64,000 nucleotides of DNA from Podospora anserina. Taxonomy: Eukaryota. The translations under genes and the position numbers were made by a program. The notes beneath the pieces were generated by a model. It was given only the letters and a program-made list of their open reading frames with translations. It made no database searches and was not told the DNA's origin. Shown piece after piece: positions 36,290 to 48,978 of the stretch; within the stretch, counting starts at the first letter, position 1, and every line of letters starts with the position of its first letter. The stretch is taken from contig JAFMPO010000001.1 in NCBI GenBank assembly GCA_017654855.1, forward strand, positions 868,001 through 932,000. The letters are read 5' to 3'.

Positions 36290-39200
36290 ATGGACGCCCC
36301 AGTGGAAGATTCCGACATCAAACTCCAAAAGGTCTCAGCAGACCTCATATCCGAATTTGACACGCGTCTCCCCCTGTTCTTGTTTCGTCGGCAGCGAAGC
36401 GGGGACAGCTCCCAAAAAGTGAGGAAGCAAGTCACAGCAAGAGAAGCAGACGGGTTGATCGCCGGTGTATGTACCCAATCAACTCACTATCCAACGCAAA
36501 AAAGTAACCAGAAAAGTGCCTCGACCCCTTCCAAGAACTCCCCCAGCTCCTCGACCCCCACCTCTCCAGATGGATCTCCCTCCTCTCCTCCGCCTTTGTC
36601 TCCTCGCTCAACCTCGCCGCCACCTCGTCTCACTCACTCTCCAACGATTACGACACCGCCAACCCCGAAAAAGAAGCGCTCCTCATCCCGCTGACCCAGG
36701 CCATCAGCAAAATAATCTACACCCTCTGCAAGATTCGCGGTGAAAAGGTCGTGGTACGGTTCCTCGGGAACGAAGTCTCCTGGCTGGAACCCCTGCTGTC
36801 ATTTACAGAACAATGCCAAAAAACCAAAACATGGGAAGAGAGGTATGTCGGGCTGCTGTGGTTGAGCCATTTGCTGTTTGCGCCTTTTGACCTGGCCACC
36901 ATTTCATCAAACAACTACGAGGATGCGGATGATGAAGACGAAGACGAAGAGAAGAAGACGGTGGTGGAGGGGCTGGACCTGCAGTGGGAGAAACTACCGG
37001 GAATCACGGTTCGGGTCTTGCCTCTGGCGATTCGGTATCTGGCTAGCCCGGGGAAGGAAAGAGACGCGGCCAAGGCTCTGCTGGTCAGGTTGGCGCTGAG
37101 GAGGGACATGCAAGAACTGGGAGTGTTGGATGCTATGGTCAGGTGGGCGCTCAAAGCGCTGAGGCCAAAGCAGGAGAAGACGCCGTATCATTACATTGGT
37201 GTGTTGAGCTTTCTGGCGGGGGTGTTGACTTCTTCGGCGGATACGTCGGATATGGATCCGTACTTGGTGATGGTTTTTCATGCTGTTCATGGGGCTGCTG
37301 AGAACAGTCAGGAGAGCGTCATGGCGTCTGCGTTGGCAAGGAAGGCGGTTATCAAGGTTATAAGGGCCGTGGCGGTGTTGTTTTTGAGGGAAAACAAGGA
37401 TTTGTATGAGGATATTGTCGGGTTGGGGCTGGTGGAAACAACGATTGGGTTTTTGTTGGATTGTCTTGGGGACAATGACACCCCCGTGAGGTTTGCGGCC
37501 AGCAAGGCGCTGAGCATCATTGCGTTGAGGTTGGATCAGTACATGGCCAGCCAGGTCGTGGAGGCCGTGCTGGAGGGACTGAACAAGAATGTGTTGAAGG
37601 GTAGAGAGACGCCTGGAAAGAAGGACTTGAGTGCGGTCAACCCGTTGGAGTGGCATGGGTTGATGCTCACCCTCTCACACCTGTTGTATCGGAGGTCACC
37701 ACCGGCCGATCAGCTGGCCGAGATCGTCCAGGCACTTATTACAGGACTGTCATTTGAACGCAGAGCTCTCTCGGGAAGCTCGTCGGGGACAAACGTCAGG
37801 GATGCAGCATGCTTTGGAATATGGGCCATGGCCAGGAGATACACCACGAAAGAACTGCTTGCGGTCCCGACAGAGTCCATGATCATAGGGGCGCATGCTC
37901 CGGGTAGCTCTGTCTTGCAAATCACAGCTACGGGGCTAGTTGCGGCTGCTTGCCTGGATCCTGCGGGCAATATCAGACGTGGCTCCTCAGCTGCGCTCCA
38001 AGAGCTGATCGGGCGACATCCCGACACAGTCACAGAAGGCATCTGGGTTGTGCAAACGGTGGACTATCACGCTGTTGCCTTGAGAGCCAGAGCGCTCCAG
38101 GAGGTTGCTCTGGGTGTCACCAAGCTTTCGCCACGATATGGCGAGGCTATACTGGAGGCGTTGCTCGGATGGCGAGGTGTCGGTGATGTTGATGCTGCTT
38201 CCAGACGGGCGGTCGGGGCTTCTTTCGGGGCGTTGACTGCAGAGTTGGCCTTGACAACCCCGGATCCCCTCAAGAGGCTTCGACAATCAATCAGCTTAGC
38301 CAAAGGCGTCTTAACATCTCTCCAAGCGCGTCAGGTGGAGGAAAGACATGGCTTGTTGATGAGTATAGCTGGTGTGTTCGATGGATTTCCCAAAGTTGTC
38401 GGCGGGCAGGCGGATTACAAAAGCGAAAGTCTCATCAGCTTTGTCAACTCTTCCGCAGACGGGGTGCTCGAAATTCTCGAAGACTGCAACGCAAAGACTT
38501 ATCGGCGTCCAGAACTTGTCGCGGAAGGAGCCAGCAGGCTGATAATTTCTGCGGCCCCTATCCTCCAAGCTGTTATGTCCACTTCCGGTGTTCAAAATTC
38601 GCCCACAGCAATAGTATCTGGGCCAGAACTGATAGAAGAAAACGCAGGCGAGATCACCCAGCTGGTGAGGGCCCTAGGAGAAAGAGAAGGCCCAGTCAAG
38701 GGATTTGTCAAGCTCACGAGAACATACCTGGCAAAGTGGCTTCTCACGCAAGAGCCGGACCTGATCACACCTGCCGCAGACGCAGCTCTCACTATGCTCA
38801 TATTTAGCGACGATGGTGAGCGCGAAGAAATTGTCAGGGAGTGGGCAGGAATTGTTCGGCACCGCCCGACATCATCCAGAGTTGCCACATGGGGCGGGCA
38901 TTTCTCTGCACTTGCCATGTCCTACTCGATAGCCTCCACCCTCCAAACGGTTCAAATCAAGAACTTGATCTGTGATTCATTTGTGGAGAGGTGGAACACG
39001 GATCCATATACCGATGTTCATGTTGCTGTCCTTCAGAGTCTTACGAGGAGCAACAGCAAGAGCGGTTTGCTGAGGGACAATACGGATATTTTCCTACCTC
39101 TGATAGCAGAGGGCCTGGATGACTACACCACCACGGCACAAGGCGATGTTGGTTCTATGGTGAGGTTCCAAGCCATCCGGGCGACAAAAGCCTTGTGGAC

Positions 39201-40077
39201 AGAGCCACCTTCTGGGCCTTTGGTCGAAGGTTTAATCCTGAGGATCCTGCGCCTGGCAGCAGAGAAACTGGACAGAGTGCGCGCAGAGGCCCAGGTTGCC
39301 CTCTCTCTAGTCTTGAAACCAGAGCATGTTTTCCGGCGTCCCCCCTTGTCACATCACGCTAACCTTTCTTCTATCAGATTCAGAGCCCCGTTCCTCCAAA
39401 CAACCTTCTCCTCGACCGCGTACTTCACCTCACTCCTCTCCCTCCCCTCCAAGCTCCTCGATTCTGTCTCTTCGTCAACTTTGTTCTCCAACCCCCAAGA
39501 ATGGCTCTGCCCCCTGTTGTCAGGCTACGTCTCCTCGGCAGACACGGGCAACGAAGAGCTTGTCATCGCCACCAGATCCGCTCTCTTGTCGCACTGTCTC
39601 GCCTCCCCTGACATTACCCTGGACATCGTCACCGCTCTGATATCGAACCTGAGGACTCATCAGAAAAACGACAGGGTGCTGGTCCCGACACTGGAAGTGT
39701 TGAGATTCTTGCTTGACATGTCTGTTGTCTCTCCTGAGGGGATAAACTGGAAGACGCTGTGTCTGCTTGTGCAAAAGGCGGCGTATAAAACGGGGAATGT
39801 GAGGAAACTGGAGGCCTGTATTGGGCTGTATGGCGGAGTTGTTCTACAGGGGGAAGGGGAGGGGAGAGAGGAAGCCAAGAAAAGACTGGGAGCGTTGATG
39901 GTACATCCTTGGCCTAGGGTGAGGAGTGCGGTTGTTGATCAGCTTTGGAGGGTGTACAGCAGCGGCAGTAACGGTGAGGAGGAAAAAGGGGGGAAGTTGC
40001 TTGGTACTGATTGGGGAGCTACCAATAAGGGGTCGATCCAGCAGCTGGTCAACGAGCTGGGGTTAACAGGTGCCTGA
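36290..40077 (+). CDS. TBCD: Tubulin-specific chaperone D (tubulin folding cofactor D)
   Basis: Intron 36467-36516 and probable GC-AG intron 39324-39377. Motifs LDPFQELPQLLDPHL, WEERYVGLLWLSHL..PFDL, TPVRFAASK, NVRDAAC..WA.AR, NIRRGSSAALQELIGR, LDDYTT..GDVGS.VR and EKLDRVR. Confidence 0.96.
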
Positions 40078-41161
40078 TAGATAGCTTCCACACGGGATTT
40101 CGCCGGGTACGTGAAGCGAACATCTAGAGAAATGGTATTGAGATGGCGAATGGCACACCGACAGGCTTGCTGACGGCCCGCTGCGCAAAAATTATTCCCC
40201 ATGCGTATCTCATCCTGAGATAAGCTGTCCTGAAGCAGTAGATCACCATATCATTACAGCCACGTATTATTATCATCACTATCACCAATCATTTCACCGC
40301 CAACGCTGCCAACGCTCGGTTGCCGTCATTTAGTGTCCTTGAAAGATCAAATAGGAAAACAGGGCTGGCATACGATTGGAAAGTTCTTTGTGGGGAAACC
40401 AAGCCAAGACCCCGTTCTGTGGCTGTTGAAGCTACGGGCTTGCATCCGGGCCAATCGGATGGGGGCTTGTCGAAGTCAAGTCAAGTCAAGTCAGATTGGG
40501 CACTTTATTTTTACAGGACGGTGGTGAGAATAATAACTGAGAGGGTTCTGATCGGACCGAGGTCGATGACTTTGTTCTTTCCACAAGGGCTGGCATCACT
40601 AGCAATGTGTTGTCTGTGGCTGGCTGGCTGGCTGCTCAAGGCGAAGCTACGGCTCTCTCTCGCTCCCGTCGTCAAACAACCCGAAACCGAGAGCGAGACT
40701 GGGATCGGATGGGGTCAATGCAAAACCTAGCAGTTTATCTGTCTTGATTTCTTCGATCTGGAACTTGTCGAGTGTTGTGTGTTGTTCGTGCTGTGTGATA
40801 TGCCTCATCAACCGCTTTGATCATTGCAGGGTGCTCGAGTGACATCTGATGTCGGGAGGACGGGAAGGGGGGTTACATTCTTCGAAGGCAACTGGGGCCA
40901 AAGGAGTCCACTATCACAAAAGATCTTTCACTTGTTGTGTAAATAGTTGTGTTTACAATTGGAAGATGTGAGCTCAGATCGAATTGTGAGGGTATCTGTG
41001 CAAAGAGGGACTGAAGACATTGGAGGGGTTGGCTCTTGCTCTTCACAAGCTTCACAAGCTTTCCCCACACTCTCAAGCTCTCGATGCAATTCCCCACCAT
41101 CAAAGAGGCACTCGACTCCCACAAAGCTTTGGTGTTACCTTGAACGTAAAAGCTCGTCTCG

Positions 41162-41242
41162 ATACATACATACATATACATATATATATATATATATATA
41201 TATTTGTATCTATATATATTTGTATCTATATATATGTATATG
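41162..41242. repeat. Compound (TA)n/TACA microsatellite
   Basis: Directly visible in the sequence. Confidence 0.95.
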
Positions 41243-44200
41243 TCGTGAACGCCCATCATGTTCAAAACCGCATCACAAGACCTGATCTTCAAACATTTCC
41301 ATATTAAATATCACCTGTCGTCCCTTCTGATTGTGCATCTACCCATATTCGTACCACCTCATGCGAACACGGGATGGAATCTCTCTGACCGTCACACCAG
41401 AACTCCTCCCCTGCTAACAATTTGCTTACCTAACCCCTCAGTCACATCGTACTTCGTACCAGAAAAAAAAACGAAAAGAACCAAGACCTGCGAGCCGTGC
41501 CGGCGTCCAACCTTTCCCAGGTCGCCGATTAATATCGAGAACAATTCCACCCTATCCAATCAACTCAAAATTACCTCCGGATTGCGAATCCACCTCGGGA
41601 CCCACGGGCGCCCGACCAACAAACCCCGACCCTTTGATCTTCTTTTTCTTCCTTTTCGTGACTTTCCCCCCGACAGGGTTCCTCTCAACGGGAAAACCCA
41701 CTGCCCACGTGTGAGGCCTGTGGCCCCTTTGACGCCGGGGCATATCCCTGATGCCACACTAGATCGTAAAATGGGCTGGATTAATTGGACAACAAACTCC
41801 TGCCAGATCCTTCTTCCACCTACATTATTCACGGAATTTCCGTTGTTATGTGTATCATCGGTGTCGTCGTCACTATCAACTGATAGGATCCAACGCTTCC
41901 TATCCGTTGGGCTTTTTTTTCTTTTCTTTGATGTTTCTGTCCATTTCTTGGCACTTTCGCTTGAAAGATTTTGTGTATACGGCCAAGGGAGCTGCGGTGG
42001 GGGACTTGGGGTGTCTGGTGCACAGGCCATATCAGAGAGACATGGCAGCGCAACCACGAGGAGGCAGGATCTTGCTTTTGTGGTGATACGATCGCGCGCG
42101 CACACATATACGAAAAAAACAAACGAAAAAGAAAAAAAAAGATGCTCGGTGGGGAGACGCCGTTGACGTAGCAAGGGCGGAAGAGGCGTTTGTCAACTGT
42201 TGTGTCCAGTCCAGGGGCCGCGCTATCGATCGAGATGAAGGTGCGATTCGCAAGCGTGAGGATTACATTCGGCCCACGCATTTCATTTCTCGTCTCGATC
42301 TCATGATGATATCCTGATGGGTGTTTATTTTGCTTGTGAAAAGTCAGACACGGAGGAACTCTCACCTCTCTCCCAGTCCCTTGCTTGCATCCAATCCACA
42401 GACTTTTCATCTACAATGTCACAGATGGGGCATTTCATAACGGCCAAGAACGCTCCCTGGCGTCATGCTCGTCATGTGTTGTTCCCTCCTGCTACTGCCC
42501 GCCCGAGACGAATGCGATATAGGGTTATTTTTGCCTTGTTTTGCTTCCCCCCTCTCTAAGTGTGTGCATTTGCAAGATTCTTGGGTTGCGTCAGATGTTC
42601 TAAAAATTGATGAAGCAAGGTGGGAAGCGAATTGCGGAACGTGACGAGCCTTTTTTACGCTGGCTCCTTGGCTTCTTTTGCATCTTGTTTCAAAAAAGGG
42701 ATAGGGTAAATGTGAGGAAAGATTGGCGAGGTGGTTGTGTAGAACAACCTGAGAGGGGAGGGAAGGGGGGTGGTTGTGAGGGGCTTCTGGTCAAGCTTCG
42801 GTGAAAAATGAAGACACACACCCCCGCGCTCCAAACCGTCTTTTGAGTGCTTGACACAACCCACCAGGACATCCCGCGCCCGGTTGCCCAAAAAATGGCA
42901 AAACTTAACGCGGTTGGCTGGATTGTTCCTGGGGGACGGGCTCCTTTTCTTGTCCTGATGGTGGCTTGACAATTTGATGGCAAATAAGGGCTTTCCTCCG
43001 CGCGCGCCGTGCGAGTGAAACCGAAGCAATCACGGCATTGCAAGCAGAGCAGAGTTGGAAGAGCAAGAATATCAATGACGTGTGTGTGCTACGAAGCAGC
43101 GAATGGAAATTAGAGCGGGGCTATACCTACTGCCGAAGCTCGACGGAGTTTAGTCCGTCCTCTTGACGCCTCCTACCGCGTACTGTTGTATGCGATCTGC
43201 AGGAGCCAGCTGCTGTAACGATACCTTATACGAGTCGCCAAAGCACTTAAAGAGCGGTCAGGCTTCTAAAGATCCGAGCCAGTGTCGATATGTTGCTCGA
43301 AACCGTTGGACTGTAGGATGCGCTTCTCGCCGGGGGACTTTTTAGCTGCAAGGGGCTTACTTTGCCTGATTAACAGAGATGTCACCGTCGCATATGTAAG
43401 GGGAACATCATGTCGGGATTCGGATGAAATGTCATTAAGAAGACTGGTTCGGCCACAACAGCCATGTAGGTTATGCGACTCGATATGCCCAAAGCCGCAA
43501 CCATGAACAGTGAAAATATGGCAGTTGAAACTGTGCCGGGTGCAAAGGAAGACGAGGTGAAGGCGGGAGGGGGCTGCGGACCTGGCCAAAGTCCAGAGCT
43601 CTTGGAAATGCACGTGTCAAGACGTCTTTGGAGATAAAACTCAAAAATGCATGGCTTCTGCAGAACCAAAACAGGCCGTGATATACCTACCGTTCTGAGA
43701 GCAACCAGCTGCAGAGCGCACTGTAACGGCCTGCCAGCCTCGCTTGGCCCAAGAGATCGGCAGGTTTTGAACTTGAATCGTCTGCCGAACCGGGTGCGGG
43801 GATTTTCGAGAATGAATCTTCTGAAAGCCCTCAACAATGGATCCTTCAAGCTTCAGATGTCAGAAAGACTGGAGATGGAGGCGCCGGTGGGGAAGAGGCC
43901 GAAAGCCAAGTCGACGGGAGCGCGCGTTGTTTCAACGGCTGGCGCCGCTCCGCAACCCCAGCCAAGCACCTGCCACTGCTGGAGTGATTTTCATCAGTTT
44001 CGACTAGTAGCAAGGAGATCTCGTAGACGGCGGCCTTTTCGATATTGCCGTGCTCGCGAATGAAACAGCGCTGTACAAGTGCGGGTGCTGGCAATCGTAT
44101 CTCATCGAATAAAAGACTGGGCAGCGGCAGTGAAAATCTACCCCGCGTTACACAACTTGGACATTGCATACGCACCCCTATTCTCGAGTATCTCGTGGTG

Positions 44201-44812
44201 CTACATTGCTCTTTGTTGGTGGTGGCTATAGCGTTCCAGTTGATCTCGAAGAAAGAAGACACCTACCCAAACGCATCGGCTGATCACCGTCGAAAGGATG
44301 AATGGGCAGCTGCGAGGGCAACGGGCGAGGGAATTTTGAAGCCGCCGGTTGTGACGTCCAAACTCCGAGGGCCGATGTCACCGTGGCGGCCAAGCGCCGG
44401 CGCGGGAGCAGACTCTTTCACCCGCGGCTCCGTCTTCCGTCAACAACCCAGCATTTGCACAGTACGGGGAGCAAAATGGCAATAAATGGGCCCTATGCGA
44501 GGCCTGCCGAACTTCCATCCGTCGATGCTGCATATGCTGCAAGATTCCCTGAAGTCCAAGTCATGAGAGCAGCCGATTGCCGATCACAACATGAGAGAGG
44601 AAAAGGGGTCGGTCGAGGAGGAAGCAAGGTCGGGCTACTCTAGACGGCGCAGAGGGTCTTGAAGTCGTGGTTGAGATTCGAAACACTATGATCTGAGACT
44701 GTTTGTTGTAAAGACATTCTTGGCTTTTTGACTTGCGGATGACACGCGCGGATCACAAGAAGGGATGAGATGAGGGGCATTCCCGCCCGCGCCTACCTGC
44801 AGACAACCACTA

Positions 44813-44815
<3 letters not shown>

Positions 44816-44862
<47 letters not shown>

Positions 44863-44882
44863 CTCACACACACTCACACACA
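44816..44882. repeat. (CA)n microsatellite
   Basis: Directly visible in the sequence. Confidence 0.97.
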
Positions 44883-46127
44883 AACGACTTTCTCTTCTTC
44901 GACCTGCAGCTAAAGGCTTGACACCCGTCCGATTCCATCCCTGACCGCTTTGTGGCTGCATACCCACACATGCTTGACTGGCACACAATATTTCGACCTG
45001 ATTCTTTTTTCGTGCTCGGAGCCGAGTTGAGCACAGTGTGCAGAGGGTAAATGCAGAGTCAAGAGTATGGAAGCGGGCACTTTCCAAGCGAAAGCCGCAG
45101 CTCATAAACGTCAACAGCCGGCCTATAGTTGCTGATTCTTACTGCGAGAAACACCGCATGCAAGTAGCACCCTACGCTAGCCTGCCATAACGAGCGCGGA
45201 GTAGGACCCTGCCACCATGAAAACTTGACAGCAAAGCAGTGGCCAAAACCGTCTGGCCGCAGTGTAGACAGGGGATGGCTTCCCCGCAGTGATGCTGATG
45301 TATGTAGAGAGACAGCATCAAATGGTTCAGAACTAGCGGTCGGGAGGCTGTCCAACCTGGCCTGATTATGGATCGCTGACGGGTTGCTCGACATGTGCGT
45401 CGCCATAAAAAGAAGGAATGGTCAGCGATGCGAGACAACCGAAGGCCGCAGCATCTACGGAAAATACAGGCGCAGGGGGTGGCAGGTATAAGATATTCAG
45501 AGGGATAATAACACACACGCACGAGCCTGAAAATATGCCCCTATGGAGAGATGAAATGGGCATGGGCAGAGAAAGGAGCCAACGGATAGCTGCCCGTGAT
45601 CGACATGCAGCCTTCAGACCCGGCACCTCGCTCTTGCGATACCCTCGAGTTGCCAAAATTGTCTCCTGTTGGTTTTGTTATTTTGATCTTGTCCGTCAGC
45701 CGTGGTGTCGTGTCAGCACAAAGCTGTTTTCTTTCTCGCAAAGCGAACGCCGAGGCTTGCGCGCAGAAGGAAAAAGGGAAAGGAACGGCAGCGGCCCTGG
45801 TCTTTTTTAGTCGCGGATCAAACCCACTGGCTCCACTAGTCCCCCTGTTAGCGTGGGTTCCCCCTTGGCCCGCAGTCTGGCCTTCGACCCGCTGCAATCC
45901 CACGCGACGGAGCAGACAAGAAGAAGCTGGAAGCCCACCCATTTCAGTCCACTTCTGGCCCAGCTGAACCACGCACCTTGCCCCGACAAGGAAACCTCGC
46001 CCGACCCAGCCAAACCACCGACCTGACCACCTCCAAACACAAACAACAGCACCGTGACACATCACGCCTTTTGGCCTCTAGCACGCTCTCACACCACCTG
46101 TCACCCCGGCTGGGTATATCAGCAACA

Positions 46128-46161
46128 CAACAACAACAACAACAACAACAAGAACAACAAC
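46128..46161. repeat. (CAA)n microsatellite upstream of the 46507 ORF
   Basis: Directly visible in the sequence. Confidence 0.95.
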
Positions 46162-46506
46162 TCTTGCGACACCCATTATTTGAATGACAGCGGCGCTTTG
46201 AAGGAATCGTCCGAACCCCGAAAAGACACGACACGACAATTCAATTTTCATCCGAACTTGCCGCCTGTCTTGACACGGGACTCCCCTCCTGGCACGCGTG
46301 TTCTAGGATACATCACACGCGCGTTTTCGAAGCACGCCCTCGAGGCATAGGGGTCGTTTCCCAGAGCGGTAAATATTTTTATTCCCCATCTTTCAAGTTG
46401 TGGTCGCGTAGGTGCATGCGGCCCTAGCGACACCCACAAATTGCCCACCACGGCCACACCACGACGAAGAACTGCTGCTGGCGGGGGTGAGGAGGAAGAT
46501 CTGGCC

Positions 46507-47811
46507 ATGGATGCGCTCAAGAATCTCGTCAGCAGCGTGCCCGACTGGCTGCACAAGCTCGATGAGCTCAACGGCCAGATTGAACAGCGCCAGAACGAGC
46601 TGGCCCAGCTGGCCGAAAAGGATAAAGAAAAGTCGCCGAACGGGAGGTCATCGAGCGCGCCAAAGTCGATTCGGAACAAGGGCTCAACAGAGTCGCTGAG
46701 GCCGCGCGATGAGCCCGAGGCGCACCCAAGGGAATCAACACCACAGCCCCAGCTCGAAACCCGGAATGAAAATGGCGATGCGACAGCGGATGCTGCAGCT
46801 GCGGGAGCCGCCGCCGCCAAGGCCGGCACCGAGCAACCGCCGGCCAGCCCGTCCGACTCGCACTCGCCGTCTGCCATTCAACGACAAGAAAACAAGGTGC
46901 GAGCAGCCGGTCAAGCACGCGCTCGGGCGACACTCAGGAAACGACAACGCACCGACTCGGTCATCAGCGCCGAGGGCGGCCCGCCAAAGTACCGGACCCG
47001 CAGCATGATCATTGTCTACTATGACAGCTACGTCCAGATCTTCTTTGAAGAACTCGTCAAGTTTGTGAGCGCCAGCCGGAACATGATGCGCAAAGCCAAA
47101 ATGGCCGCCAAGGTAGCTCAGATCAAGCGGTTAGCAGAGCTCGACATGCCCGATGATGATGATGAGGACGAGAAAAAGGACGGCGCCGGGAACGGCTTGA
47201 CTCCGGCAGCCGGCGATGGAGTCATCGTGGCTGCCCCTGCATCCCCCAACGCTGACGCCGAGGCAATCCCGGCTCTTCAATACGTCAGCACACGACGATT
47301 GATGGGCGGAGGGCCATCAGCGATGATGGCTGCCAGAGCATCCATGGGACGCGGCTACGGTCGAGCTAGCGCCCGCGGCAACATCACCCTTGGACCCGAT
47401 GGAAAGCCGCTACAGAGCGATGTCTATGATGAGCTCGACAAGGGACTCGAGTTTGTCCAGAGCACGTGCGAGCACGCCGCTCATCAATTCCTGCGGGACG
47501 GCGACTGCGGGGAGGAGGTGATCAAGATTCAGCGGCGGCTACGAGAGACCAAGGAGCTGGCCGACAAGGAGATGGACCGTGTCAAGAAGGAGAGTCCTGC
47601 CCCTCTTCAGAAAGATGCCGAGGAGACTCGGGGCAGGAGCTATCGCCCGCAAAGCATGCGCAAAGACAACCTGAATGCCTTGAAGGCTGCCGAGACCAAC
47701 GGACTGGGCAGTGAGATGAAGCTCGAGGTGGATGATGGAGCGGAGGAGGTGGAGGTGGTGTTGCCCCCAAGGCTGATGTACAGGAGCACACGGGCGATGA
47801 AATCTCAATAA
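46507..47811 (+). CDS. Uncharacterised fungal protein, probably conserved
   Basis: Intronless ORF with ATG in a good context (GCCATGG) and coding-like codon use. Ordered blocks VPDWLHKLDEL, IIVYYDSYVQIFFEELVKFVSASRNMMRKAKM and CEHAAHQFLRDGDC. Confidence 0.88.
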   Translation: MDALKNLVSSVPDWLHKLDELNGQIEQRQNELAQLAEKDKEKSPNGRSSSAPKSIRNKGSTESLRPRDEPEAHPRESTPQPQLETRNENGDATADAAAAGAAAAKAGTEQPPASPSDSHSPSAIQRQENKVRAAGQARARATLRKRQRTDSVISAEGGPPKYRTRSMIIVYYDSYVQIFFEELVKFVSASRNMMRKAKMAAKVAQIKRLAELDMPDDDDEDEKKDGAGNGLTPAAGDGVIVAAPASPNADAEAIPALQYVSTRRLMGGGPSAMMAARASMGRGYGRASARGNITLGPDGKPLQSDVYDELDKGLEFVQSTCEHAAHQFLRDGDCGEEVIKIQRRLRETKELADKEMDRVKKESPAPLQKDAEETRGRSYRPQSMRKDNLNALKAAETNGLGSEMKLEVDDGAEEVEVVLPPRLMYRSTRAMKSQ

Positions 47812-48222
47812 AGCGGAGAGCTTTGGAGGAAGTGTCATGACGACATACATATATATCCTGAAATCTAATCGAGGCGACGGATGGGGAGAGGAAGGAGCAT
47901 TGCAGGCGAAAGTATTCACTACTGAATTTTGGCGCTGTGAAGAGGGTTTTATTTTATCTATCATATCTTATTACGGATCGCAAAGCGGAATGGATGCATG
48001 GCAGGCACCAAAACAGAACTTGACCTTGTTTATCAGAGAGAGACTATTTTACAACTACACAACAGCTTGGTCCTTGCGGACTGGTAGCATTTCTACATCA
48101 TTGGCATGGAATACTGGAGTCTTTTTTTTCTTTCTTTTTTTTTTCTTCTTTTTCCTTTTATACCGCGTCGTTATTACGACACCGTAACTGAATGAAGGAG
48201 GGAGGAAAATGTGACAACATTC

Positions 48223-48409
48223 TTTTTTTTTTTTTTTTTTTTTTTTTTGGCTGCAACAGGGAATATGTGGGAGGATTATGGGATATACCATATATAACGT
48301 CTTTTGATACCTTACTTGAAGATGATTTTTCAGGGGTTTCGATCTCTGATCCCATCGCTGCTACCACCATCCGGAACACCGGTCTAGTCTGATGGGTTTT
48401 GGAGAACGA

Positions 48410-48449
<40 letters not shown>

Positions 48450-48978
48450 CATGAATCTCAAATACCCACATCCACGTTTCAAACAAAACAACACATACAA
48501 CGTGGACCCAGCACCCTTCCTCCCCTACCCGCCCAACCTCCTGAATACTACACTGAACTGCTCTTTGACCTGACGACACCGCCTCTTTTTTTCTTCTTTT
48601 TTTTTGTCGCGCAAACGTACGCACGCACGCGCGCAGCATGTACAATAGGTAGTAGTAGTAGCATAAAGATGAGTGATGAAGCCAGGGGGAAAGGGGTCTC
48701 CACACAGATACATCAATGTTACACCGTATCTGGCGAACCAACAAACAGGAACGGCCACGCATTTCGCTCGAGTGCCGCAGGAAGGCATTGCATTTTATTT
48801 TCTTGTGATGCATGAACAGAGAGAGGCTTTGTTCTTTTCTTATCCTTCCATTTCTAGAAGGGTTCGATTGACCACGTGTGCATGTTGTTGGGCCGGCAGG
48901 GCGGGTGCGGCGGCCCCGGCGGCGGCGTGCGTGCGTGCGTGCGTGCGTGCGTGGGGGAGGGAGGGAGGGAGGGAGGGA
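48223..48978. repeat. Cluster of simple repeats: T26, (GA)n, (GCGT)n and (GGGA)n
   Basis: T run 48223-48248, GA repeat 48419-48446, GCGT repeat 48925-48952, GGGA repeat 48955-48978. Confidence 0.92.

Noticed and set aside
40795-40853. Box C/D snoRNA candidate
   Set aside because: The box C is imperfect, and no convincing terminal stem or guide sequence was seen.
41258-42410. Overlapping 193-302 aa ORFs on both strands
   Set aside because: They run through homopolymer tracts, have low-complexity composition and show no motifs.
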